From positions 1 through 57,879 of the forward strand of contig PMUN01000341.1 of assembly GCA_003166875.1 (NCBI GenBank): a DNA stretch of 57,879 bases, in the 5' to 3' direction. This DNA is from Bryobacterales bacterium (GTDB lineage: Bacteria > Acidobacteriota > Terriglobia > Bryobacterales > Bryobacteraceae). Shown here one piece after another: positions 50,182 through 57,879 of the stretch. The position numbers and the translations under genes are program-made. Position 1 is the first letter of the stretch, and each line of letters begins with the position of its first letter. The notes under the pieces were generated by a model. The model was not told the origin of the DNA and did no database searches. It saw nothing but the letters and a program-made list of their open reading frames with translations.

Positions 50182-52635
50182 CTACTCCACGCGCAATGCA
50201 CTCACGGGATCCAGGTGAGCAGCCCGCCACGCTGGAGCGGCGCTCGCGGCAATGCCGGTGGTCGCCAGAACGAAGGCAGCCAATGCAAGACTGGCGGGAT
50301 CTACGGGCGAGAGTCCGAACAGCATGCTCGAAGCGGCTTTCGTGAACGCGACAGCGCCGGGAATGCCGACGATCACGCCGAACAACACCAGACGCATGCT
50401 CTCATTCAGCACCAGCCGAACGATACCAGCTGGCGCCGATCCAACGGCCATCCGAATTCCGATTTCGCGTGTGCGCCGGACTACGGAATAAGCCATCAAT
50501 CCATACAATCCAACAATGATCAGTAACAGGGCCAGCGCTCCGAAAAGGCTGGAGACTTGCATGCGAAGACGGTCGCTGTGCAGAGTTGCGGCTATTTCGT
50601 CCTGGAGTGTGCTCGCGGATTGGACCGTCACGGGCAGATGCCCGGCGCGAATTCGGGATTGCAGAATGGACGCTAGAGCTCCGGGGCTTAACGAACTGCG
50701 AATCTGCACAATCACGTCCGAACTGTGCTCGGTTCCTTGCAGCAGGGGCACGAACACAATTTCCGGAGCTTGCTCGGCGAGGCTTCCGGACTTGGTGTCA
50801 TTCACCACGCCGATCACTTGCGTTTGGATCGCAGGAGAGCCCAGGAGGATGCTATGACCCACAGGGTTCTGATTTGGGAACAAGCGTCGCGCCGCCCGCT
50901 CGTTCAGAATGGCGACGTTGGGAGCGCCCTCGGTATCGCGAGGTTCGAAGGGCCGGCCGGTGAGCAAATGTATTCGGAGTGTATTGAAGTAACCTTGGTC
51001 CACGTGCAACACATTCGAATATTGCCTGCGATCAACGGGAACGCCGGGTTTCGTCATCGAGATACCGGCGGAGCTATCGTTGAATGCGACGAAATCCGAT
51101 AATCCAGCCGATTCCACCCCTCGTGCGCGACGCAGCGAGTCCACCAGGCCCAGCGCCTCACGGACGGGGGCAGCCCGCTCCTGGTCCGGATCTTGTCCCG
51201 AAGTCAGTCGGACGACCGAAACATGGTCCGGAGAAAATCCGGCGGGCACCGAGCGCAGATTCTGAAAGCTGCGTGTGAATTCGGCCGCGCCCGCCACCAT
51301 CATCAGGGAGAGCGCGATCTCTACCACCACCAGCGCCTTTCCGGAGAGCAAGCGTGGCGCCGTGCTTTCCTGATTGAGCGCGACGCGCGCGCCTCGGAGC
51401 AGTTGGACGGCCGGCAGCAGACCGACCAGAATGCCGGTCGCCAGCGATACCCCGAGCCCGAATGTCAGGACGCGCCAATCGGGAGAAAGATCGATGGGGC
51501 GCTCCTTCCATTCGAACGCGATCAGCAGCAAACGGTCCGCCCAAAATGCGACAGCCAGTCCGGCGGTTCCACCCAGTAGCGACAACAGGCAGCTCTCCGT
51601 CAGGGATTGCCGGAGAATGTGCGTCTTGCTTGCGCCGAGCGAAAAACGGATAGAGATTTCGCGCCTTCGCGCCACGCCGCGGGCAATCATGAGACACGCG
51701 ACGTTGGCGCAACCCACCAGCAGCAACAGCCCGACAATCGCCGAGAGCAGGAACAGCGAACGCCGTTTCTCTCCTTCCGTGCCGGCATAGCCGGCTGCTC
51801 CGTTCTGCAGCTCAATGCGCGAACCAGCGACTTCTCTTGCGAAGTCTGCGCTTTTGCGTTCCGCGATCTGCACGCTGAGGTGTTGCTTCAACAGTACCTG
51901 GAGATTGCTTTGAGCCTGGATCGCGGAAACTCCAGGCTTCAACCTGCCAAACACCTCCATGAAGCCGCCTCCCTCAGTGAGCGGGTCGAAGCTGAAGAGC
52001 GCCGGCAGGCTTCCAAGTGGCACGTAGAGATCGGGATCATCTCCCTTGCGGATGCCGTAAAAGCCGGCGGGCAACACCCCCACGATGGTGAAGGGCACGT
52101 TGTTGAGATACATGATGCTCGCGAGCGCGCCCGGCGCCTGATTGTAGCGCCTGCGCCAAAAACTGTGGCTCGCGACGGCTACATGCGAGGTGCCTCCGCG
52201 GATATCGTCGGCAGGGCTGAGAAGGCGTCCCAAGTTTGGACGCACACCCAGGACATCGAAGAAATTCCCTGAAACGGCGGTTGCCTGGGCGGGATGCTCC
52301 ATTCGCTGGTGTGCGCGCCGCTCGCGAATGGCCAGCACTGCTTCGGCCGCCAGTTCTGAGGTCTGGTTGCGGTCGCGAAAGTAGGAATAACCCTCGTATG
52401 AGGATGTCTGCCCGTTTCTGAGCTCGTCGCCGCGTCCAACCACACGGCCCCATTCTGTGACCAGCACCAACTGCGACGGCTTTGGAACGGGCAGCGGCTG
52501 GAATAGCAGGCGATCCAGGAACGTAAACACGGCGGTGGTGGCGCCAATGGTCAGCGCCAGTATAGTGACGACGGTCGCGGTAGAAGCCTTGGCCTTGAAG
52601 AGAACCCGGATGGCGTATTTCAGGTCGCGCAGCAT
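50182..52635 (-). CDS. ADOP-family permease (MacB-like/FtsX, duplicated)
   Basis: ORF runs to 53076, but its first 147 codons are antisense to blaI. ATG 52635 (MLRDLKYAIRVLFKAKAS) gives the family-typical N-terminus. Confidence 0.9.
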   Translation of the reverse strand: MLRDLKYAIRVLFKAKASTATVVTILALTIGATTAVFTFLDRLLFQPLPVPKPSQLVLVTEWGRVVGRGDELRNGQTSSYEGYSYFRDRNQTSELAAEAVLAIRERRAHQRMEHPAQATAVSGNFFDVLGVRPNLGRLLSPADDIRGGTSHVAVASHSFWRRRYNQAPGALASIMYLNNVPFTIVGVLPAGFYGIRKGDDPDLYVPLGSLPALFSFDPLTEGGGFMEVFGRLKPGVSAIQAQSNLQVLLKQHLSVQIAERKSADFAREVAGSRIELQNGAAGYAGTEGEKRRSLFLLSAIVGLLLLVGCANVACLMIARGVARRREISIRFSLGASKTHILRQSLTESCLLSLLGGTAGLAVAFWADRLLLIAFEWKERPIDLSPDWRVLTFGLGVSLATGILVGLLPAVQLLRGARVALNQESTAPRLLSGKALVVVEIALSLMMVAGAAEFTRSFQNLRSVPAGFSPDHVSVVRLTSGQDPDQERAAPVREALGLVDSLRRARGVESAGLSDFVAFNDSSAGISMTKPGVPVDRRQYSNVLHVDQGYFNTLRIHLLTGRPFEPRDTEGAPNVAILNERAARRLFPNQNPVGHSILLGSPAIQTQVIGVVNDTKSGSLAEQAPEIVFVPLLQGTEHSSDVIVQIRSSLSPGALASILQSRIRAGHLPVTVQSASTLQDEIAATLHSDRLRMQVSSLFGALALLLIIVGLYGLMAYSVVRRTREIGIRMAVGSAPAGIVRLVLNESMRLVLFGVIVGIPGAVAFTKAASSMLFGLSPVDPASLALAAFVLATTGIAASAAPAWRAAHLDPVSALRVE

Positions 52636-52687
52636 GGCAGCAGTCTGGCACAGCGCCCCTGAGAATTCAAGGGGGTGCGTTTTCCGC

Positions 52688-52723
52688 TTGACATTTGGCT
52701 CGTTTAGTACTAAATAATTAGTA
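52688..52723. promoter_or_regulatory. Promoter (TTGACA -35) plus perfect 12-bp palindrome TTTAGTACTAAA and an extra TTAGTA half-site abutting the blaI ATG
   Basis: ttgaca at 52688-52693, tttagtactaaa at 52703-52714, ttagta at 52718-52723, ATG at 52723. No Shine-Dalgarno. Confidence 0.45.
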
Positions 52724-53100
52724 TGCGACCAAAAAGCCCGACCTTGACCGAGCAGGAGCTGGAGATTATGAAGATTGTCTGGGCGCGCGAGGTGGCCACC
52801 GTGCGGGATGTTTATGAAGCGTTGCTGGAGCGCCGCAAGATCGCATACACCACCGTGATGACCATGATGAAAATCCTGGAACAGAAAAAGTATCTGCTCA
52901 AGACCCAGGAAGACCGGGCCTATATCTACCGTCCGGCCAAGCCCAAGAACCAGGTGATCAAGGGCATGGTCCGGGAGTTTGTGAATCGTGTATTCAACGG
53001 TTCGGCTGAGCCTCTGTTGGTGCATTTGATCGAAGACCGGCGGCTTTCCCAGAAAGATCTGGAAGAGATCACGCACATGATTCGCCGAAAGGAGGCCTGA
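52723..53100 (+). CDS. BlaI/MecI/CopY-family transcriptional repressor
   Basis: 125 aa. LTEQELEIMKIVW...ATVRDVYEAL...IAYTTVMTMMKILEQKKYL...R.YIYRP. Confidence 0.9.
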   Translation: MRPKSPTLTEQELEIMKIVWAREVATVRDVYEALLERRKIAYTTVMTMMKILEQKKYLLKTQEDRAYIYRPAKPKNQVIKGMVREFVNRVFNGSAEPLLVHLIEDRRLSQKDLEEITHMIRRKEA

Positions 53101-53101
53101 G

Positions 53102-54874
53102 ATGCCCGGCTTGTGGTTGCAGAATCTGGCCTTTTATAGCTTGCAGATTGCGGGCGTCGCCGCGGCCGGCGCGCTGCTTCTGCGCCTGCTTCAAATCCGC
53201 ATTCCAACCATCCGTTTGATGTGTTGGCAGGCCTTGATCGCGGCCTGTATCGCGCTGCCCGCTATTCAGCCGTGGCTCACCGCGAAGACGAACGCCAACG
53301 TTCAAATATCCATGGGACCTGCGATGGCGGCTGGTGCGGCGGCGGGTTCACGCGGGATGGCTTTCCCTGTGGTGGGAATCGTTCTTCTGCTGGTGGGAGC
53401 GGGCGCGGCGGTTCGATTCGGGATTCTGGGGCTAGGGCTCTTGCGGCTCCGGCGATATCGGCGCAATTCCACTTTCGTGCCCGGTGCTTTTGACAATCTG
53501 CAGCGGCGGCTGGGAGTTTTCGCCGACGTGCAGATGTCGGCTGAGGTCACAGGTCCGGTGACGTTCGGGTTTCTGCGTCCAGTGATTCTTCTTCCAGAAG
53601 CGTGTATCGAGGACGAATCCATCGCCTGTCACGAACTGGTCCACGTGCGCCGGCATGACTGGCTGTTCACGGTGATCGAAGAGTGCATTTTATCGGTGTT
53701 CTGGTTCCACCCAGCGATGTGGTGGATGATTGCGGAAATCCAATTGGCGCGCGAGGAAGCGGTGGATCGCGAAGTAGTCGCCATTTTGAATTCGCGCGAT
53801 CAGTACTTGGAGTCGTTGCTGGCCTTGGCCGCGTCGCGCGCGGGTTTCGACCTGGCGCCGGCCTCGCCCTTCTTGAGAAAGCGACATTTACAAAAACGAG
53901 TAGCTTCTCTGCTGAAAGAGGTTTCCATGTCTAAATTTCGATTGACTTCTTCGCTGGCTGCGTTCGCGGCCGTGCTCACGCTAGCCGCATGGTTGGGCGT
54001 GCGTTCGTTCCCGTTGCAGGCCGCGCCGCAGGAAAACGATTCGTCCAATATCACGGTCCATTCCGGTCCGTTGCCGCTTCTTCATCGCGCGGCCGTGCAG
54101 TATCCGAAGAATGCAATGGCCAAGCACATTGAAGGGACGGTAGTGCTGGAGCTCACCTTAAGCGAAACAGGGACCGTTACCGACGCGCGCGTACTGAGCG
54201 GACCGGAAGAGTTGCGCGGGGCGGCGCTACAGTCGGTCCTGGAATGGCATTTTGCCAGCGATGCGCAGCCCAAAACTCAGGTCAGCATCGATTTCAGGTT
54301 GCCCTCGGCAGAGGCGGTGCCGGGAACTTTGATGGCGCCTCCCGAAGACCAAGCCAGGCTGGACCGCCTGTTCATCCAGGCGCCGGATTCGATCAAGCAG
54401 AAGCTGGAAGGTCACTTGCCGTTGCGGGAAGGTGACCGGATTACCCAGAGCGCGCTGAACGATCTATCGGCAGCGCTTAGAGACGTGGACGAACATCTGA
54501 GGGTCACGATACATCCAAATGCGGACAAAACTGGCTCGATGATTTTCATTGCGCTTAATAGCGCTGGACCGGGTGAGGCTCCTAAGAGGATCCGCGTGGG
54601 CGGAAACGTGGAGGCTGCCAATATCGTTCAAAAAGTGACTCCGATTTATCCGGCTGAGGCGAAGGCGAACCGCGTCCAGGGCAGCGTCCGCTTCACCGTT
54701 GTCATCGGTAAAGACGGAAGAGTGCAGAGCGTGACGCTTGTCTCCGGAGATCCGGTGCTGGCTCAGGCCGCCAAAGATGCGGTGCAGCAATGGGTCTACA
54801 AGCCGACCTTGCTGAATGGCGATCCAGTGGAAGTTATGACTCAAGTGGACGTAAACTTCACACTGAGCCAATAA
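53102..54874 (+). CDS. BlaR1-like M56 peptidase membrane sensor fused to two TonB C-terminal domains
   Basis: 590 aa. Four N-terminal TMs and HELVHVRRHDW (HExxH). TonB-C-like blocks YPKNAMAKHIEGTVVLELTLSETGTVTDARVLSG and YPAEAKANRVQGSVRFTVVIGKDGRVQSVTLVSG. AGGAGG Shine-Dalgarno, with the start 1 nt after the blaI stop. Confidence 0.85.
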   Translation: MPGLWLQNLAFYSLQIAGVAAAGALLLRLLQIRIPTIRLMCWQALIAACIALPAIQPWLTAKTNANVQISMGPAMAAGAAAGSRGMAFPVVGIVLLLVGAGAAVRFGILGLGLLRLRRYRRNSTFVPGAFDNLQRRLGVFADVQMSAEVTGPVTFGFLRPVILLPEACIEDESIACHELVHVRRHDWLFTVIEECILSVFWFHPAMWWMIAEIQLAREEAVDREVVAILNSRDQYLESLLALAASRAGFDLAPASPFLRKRHLQKRVASLLKEVSMSKFRLTSSLAAFAAVLTLAAWLGVRSFPLQAAPQENDSSNITVHSGPLPLLHRAAVQYPKNAMAKHIEGTVVLELTLSETGTVTDARVLSGPEELRGAALQSVLEWHFASDAQPKTQVSIDFRLPSAEAVPGTLMAPPEDQARLDRLFIQAPDSIKQKLEGHLPLREGDRITQSALNDLSAALRDVDEHLRVTIHPNADKTGSMIFIALNSAGPGEAPKRIRVGGNVEAANIVQKVTPIYPAEAKANRVQGSVRFTVVIGKDGRVQSVTLVSGDPVLAQAAKDAVQQWVYKPTLLNGDPVEVMTQVDVNFTLSQ

Positions 54875-54880
54875 GCCGCT

Positions 54881-55210
54881 ATGCCAAGAAGATCTTTACT
54901 GATACTTGCCGGAATGTTTGCGTTTGCGGGATGGGCTTCGTCATAGACGCAACAAACACTGAAGCTGATTCATTCCGTCGCGCCCAAGTACCCGCAGGAA
55001 GCTCGGGACAAGAAAATCGAGGGCGATGTCGTGCTGCATATCGAAATCAACGAAGAGGGCGCGGTTCACGACCCTTGGGTCATCAGTGGTCCGAAAGAGT
55101 TGCGCGATGCGGCGCTGGCGGCGGTGAAAGAGTGGAAGTACTCGAAAGATGGGCCGCTGCCGGCGTCGAGTGAGGTTACGCTCGCGTTTCAGCTACCGAA
55201 GAAGGATTAG
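54881..55210 (+). pseudogene. Small secreted TonB-C-domain gene interrupted by one in-frame TAG (codon 22)
   Basis: ATG 54881 gives MPRRSLLILAGMFAFAGWASS, then TAG (54944-54946). The same frame continues TQQTLKLIHSVAPKYPQEARDKKIEGDVVLHIEINEEGAVHDPWVISGPKELRDAALAAVKEWKYS... to TAG 55208-55210. Confidence 0.5.
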
Positions 55211-56453
55211 TCCCCTGACTGACGCGCGCGGCTTCGTGCCGCGGCAGAATGGCGATCGCTAACGCTCCGATCAGCGCCACCGCGAGCACGGTTCCCATGG
55301 CGATCGTATAATTTCCTGCCTGGTCCCGCAGAATGGAGACGAAGTACGGAAACCAAGTCTGCCCAATAGTGTTCACCGGCAGAATCACGGCCATCGCTCG
55401 GGCCAGCGAGTTCACGCCGAACTGCTCGGCGGCCATCAGCGGGATCAGCATGTAATCCGCGCCCATTCCGAATCCGAACAAAACCGCGAAGGCGTATAGA
55501 AATGTTTCGTTGGACGGCCGGACCATTAGCAGGATCGGAATGGTTCCCGCCACCAGGAAATATGTGCCTGTCATGACCCACTTCTTTGAGAAGCGATCCG
55601 CCAGGCCGCCAATCAGCAAACGCCCGCCAATGCTGGACCACAGCACCAACACCGACGCCGTACGCCAGGCTGCATCCACGCTGGGCCCTTTCTGGAAGCC
55701 CGCGTCGAGAAACACAAACTTCATGTGAAAATTGACTGCGCCGATAGATCCGATGGAGCAAAAGCTGCCGATAAGCAGCAGCCAGAAAGGCCAGCTTCCC
55801 AGTAACTGCCCAAAAGTGTGGGACTGGATTTTGGTTTCAGCGGGAGGCTCGGCGGCGCCGTCGGGATTTTGGCCGATGTCCGAAGGCCTGTCTTTCAAGA
55901 CAAACAGCACGATGGGCCAAGCCAATAAAATCAAGGCCGCCAGCACCATCAGAGCCGCGTGATAACCGAACTTCTCGGTGAGCGGCTTCACCAGAAACGA
56001 GCCGAGCGACCCCATCAGTCCCACGCCGACATAGACGATGCCCATGGCTTTTCCGCGATTCAGCCGGAACCAGTGCGAAACGATCAACTGATGCGGAATC
56101 GGGCCGGAGAGGATGTAGCCAATGGTGTAGAGCACCCAGAAACCGTAATAGACGAAAAGTGCGCCGCCCATGTTGGCGAAGCCGGTTAACGCGACGATGG
56201 TGAGGATTGTTCCCACCAGAATCAACTTGCGCGGGCTAAAGCGATGGATGACGATGGGGCCGAACCAGATGGTCAGCGCGGCGGCCAGTGGAAAGCCGAG
56301 TGTGATCTCGGCGCGCGACCAGTGGAACTCGCGTTGGAAGTAATCGTAAAAAAAACCGATGTTGTAGTACGGAATGCCGACTGACAGTCCAAATGTTATG
56401 AAGGTGGCTGCGGCGATCCACCGGCCGAAGAACTTGCGGGGCATTGGGTACAT
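55176..56453 (-). CDS. MFS transporter (oxalate/formate antiporter-like)
   Basis: 425 aa with a 12-TM profile. Family assignment by overall resemblance only. Confidence 0.85.
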   Translation of the reverse strand: MYPMPRKFFGRWIAAATFITFGLSVGIPYYNIGFFYDYFQREFHWSRAEITLGFPLAAALTIWFGPIVIHRFSPRKLILVGTILTIVALTGFANMGGALFVYYGFWVLYTIGYILSGPIPHQLIVSHWFRLNRGKAMGIVYVGVGLMGSLGSFLVKPLTEKFGYHAALMVLAALILLAWPIVLFVLKDRPSDIGQNPDGAAEPPAETKIQSHTFGQLLGSWPFWLLLIGSFCSIGSIGAVNFHMKFVFLDAGFQKGPSVDAAWRTASVLVLWSSIGGRLLIGGLADRFSKKWVMTGTYFLVAGTIPILLMVRPSNETFLYAFAVLFGFGMGADYMLIPLMAAEQFGVNSLARAMAVILPVNTIGQTWFPYFVSILRDQAGNYTIAMGTVLAVALIGALAIAILPRHEAARVSQGTNPSSVAETRA

Positions 56454-56464
56454 TGTGGCACGAG

Positions 56465-57235
56465 CTACAAGCCTCTTATATGGAACCCGCCGTCCACATC
56501 GATCACCTGGCCGGTAGAATAATCCAGCAATCCGTCGGCGATCGCGCGGATCACGCGCGCTACGTCTTGTGGTTCTCCCATGCGGCGCTGGGGGAGCAGA
56601 CCGGCTGCGATTTTATCCTCGTAGCTTTTTTCCACCGCGGCGATCATGTCCGTGCGCACGATGCCCGGGCGGATCTCGAAAACCTGCACGTTGTCGGCAG
56701 CCAGCCTTAGAGCGAATAACGCGGCGCTCATGCTAAGGCCCGCCTTCGAGATGCAATATTCGGCGCGATTGGTGGACGCAGTGTAACTCGAGATGGACGT
56801 GATGAAGACGATCCGGCCGCGCCGCTGCTCAATCATCCAACGGGCGATTTGCTGGGTCAGGAAATGCGGGCCTTTCAGGTTGGTTCGGAGCAGTTCGTCG
56901 TAGCTCGATTCGGTGGCTTCCAACATATCGCGGCGTTTGCGCGGCGCCATGCCGGCATTATTCACCAGCAGATCCAGGCGGCCGTAGTTAGCTTTTAGAT
57001 GGGCCACCAGTTCGTCGCGATTGGAGAAAGAACCGATATCGCTGCGAATAATCTCAGCGCCGGTCTCTTTGCGCAGCGACTCCGCTGCTTCCTGATTCTC
57101 AAGGTAGGTGGCTACCACCGAGTGAGATTTCGAAAGTTCGACTGCGATGGCTCGGCCAATTCCGCGGCTCGCGCCGGTTACCAGAGCGACGGGTTTATTT
57201 GGCTGCGGCAAGTTCGGTGTCGATGGCTTTGGCAA
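56465..57235 (-). CDS. SDR-family oxidoreductase (3-oxoacyl-ACP reductase-like)
   Basis: 256 aa. VTGASRGIG, NNAG, YCISKAG (YxxxK). Overlaps the upstream gene by 41 nt, or by 17 nt if TTG 57211 is the start. Confidence 0.85.
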   Translation of the reverse strand: MPKPSTPNLPQPNKPVALVTGASRGIGRAIAVELSKSHSVVATYLENQEAAESLRKETGAEIIRSDIGSFSNRDELVAHLKANYGRLDLLVNNAGMAPRKRRDMLEATESSYDELLRTNLKGPHFLTQQIARWMIEQRRGRIVFITSISSYTASTNRAEYCISKAGLSMSAALFALRLAADNVQVFEIRPGIVRTDMIAAVEKSYEDKIAAGLLPQRRMGEPQDVARVIRAIADGLLDYSTGQVIDVDGGFHIRGL

Positions 57236-57773
57236 CGTCTTCCACGACGATGGTCTCGACGAACGGCCGCCCGTTGACCAGAACGGTGGGAGTGTGGGCG
57301 ATGCCGCGCGCCACGCCTTCCTGGTAATCTTCTTCCACCAATGCGGCCAGGCGCGCGTCGTCGAGAGAGGCCACAGCCTTCGAGGGATCCACTCCGTGTT
57401 CTTTGGCGAATCGGGAAAGACGATCGTTGAAATTGTCTGCCGTGATCTCGCGCAGGTTCATCAAGGAATATTTCCGGTACGCCAGGCCGAGGCCCGGCTT
57501 ATTCTCTTCAAAGAACCGCGCCGCAATGGCTGCCTTCCGCGCCCAGGCGTGTTTGGCGAGCGGAAAATCGCGATGCTCGAACCGGACCGTGGAGGCGTAG
57601 CGCGGAAGCAATTTCTCATCCAACATCACGCGGAAATCCGCGCAATCCGGGCACTGGAGATCCTCATAGATCACCACCCGCACGGGGCTTTGCGCCGCAC
57701 CTTCGATCAAATGTTGAGCCGCCGGATATGCAGACATGGCAGTCAGAATAGCAGCCCCTAGGAGCCGCCTCAT
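57195..57773 (-). CDS. DsbA/thioredoxin-fold thiol:disulfide oxidoreductase
   Basis: 192 aa with signal peptide. CPDC active site and DsbA-like tail GIAHTPTVLVNG. Confidence 0.8.
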   Translation of the reverse strand: MRRLLGAAILTAMSAYPAAQHLIEGAAQSPVRVVIYEDLQCPDCADFRVMLDEKLLPRYASTVRFEHRDFPLAKHAWARKAAIAARFFEENKPGLGLAYRKYSLMNLREITADNFNDRLSRFAKEHGVDPSKAVASLDDARLAALVEEDYQEGVARGIAHTPTVLVNGRPFVETIVVEDVAKAIDTELAAAK

Positions 57774-57879
57774 AGCTGCGCCGGCTGTTGCAGCGTGAAC
57801 GTCAAGCGCGTTTCTGAGGGGATCTTGACAGTCTGGCCTTTGGTGAGCACCTCGGCGCCGGTGCCCACTGCAGCGCCTG
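57770..57879 (-). CDS. 3' end of an upstream CDS (partial, function unknown)
   Basis: Open frame on the minus strand ending ...KGQTVKIPSETRLTFTLQQPAQL, with TGA overlapping the dsbA-like ATG (ATGA). Confidence 0.3.
   Translation of the reverse strand, partial: GAAVGTGAEVLTKGQTVKIPSETRLTFTLQQPAQL

Noticed and set aside
52636-53076. 147-codon N-terminal extension of the fourth ADOP ORF
   Set aside because: It is antisense to the BlaI repressor gene. The family-typical N-terminus (MLRDLKYAIRVLF...) starts at 52635.
54790-55173. 127-aa plus-strand ORF from the track
   Set aside because: It is off-frame relative to both the BlaR1 C-terminus and the TonB-C-like reading frame, with no motifs. It is replaced by the interrupted gene at 54881-55210.
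8172-55210. Idea that TAG is reassigned or generally leaky in this organism
   Set aside because: TAG terminates many well-defined genes here at family-typical ends, including the kinase, PilZ, amtB, P450 and cyclase genes. Global reassignment is therefore unlikely. The interrupted TonB-C gene is treated as a local event.
1-57879. CRISPR arrays, rRNA/tRNA genes, IS elements, integrases and prophage genes
   Set aside because: I scanned for regularly spaced repeats and for transposase, integrase or structural phage proteins in the ORF track. None was seen. The only repeats are the short REP-like and tandem elements reported above.

Overview
High-GC bacterial chromosome, with no rRNA, tRNA, CRISPR array, transposase or integrase seen. 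I read it as Acidobacteriota, Solibacter/Bryobacter-like. The basis is four MacB-like 'acidobacterial duplicated orphan permease' (ADOP) genes, one with the typical PadR partner, plus three secreted proteins ending in the Solibacter-type C-terminal Ig-like domain. About 50 CDS are supportable. Most are housekeeping or regulatory: a CHASE3/PAS histidine kinase with a CheY-like regulator, amtB-glnK, a Rieske/cytochrome b complex with a fused di-haem cytochrome c, cutA, ftsB, thiD, a class V aminotransferase with serA, a PIN/TRAM gene with ispD-ispF, and several SDR, MFS and redox genes. Four things stand out. (1) At 34.0-35.3 kb there is an AT-richer, translationally coupled two-gene cassette: an unassignable His-rich 149-aa protein plus a DUF1828/DUF1829-type protein. 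It has its own near-consensus promoter and no Shine-Dalgarno, and it is my best candidate for an acquired, uncharacterised system (defence- or TA-like). (2) A BlaI / BlaR1-like M56 sensor whose sensor half is replaced by two TonB-C domains lies divergent from an ADOP permease-dehydrogenase-cyclase operon. It is followed by a small TonB-C gene broken by one in-frame TAG. (3) An ECF sigma, a Ser/Thr kinase-TPR protein and an O-methyltransferase form an overlapping operon next to P450 and methyltransferase-like genes. (4) Several families of short palindromic or tandem repeats sit at gene ends and in promoters, including a 32-bp inverted repeat and a heptamer block that encodes both stop codons of a convergent gene pair. 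All family assignments come from motif recognition by eye. No database search or computation was run.
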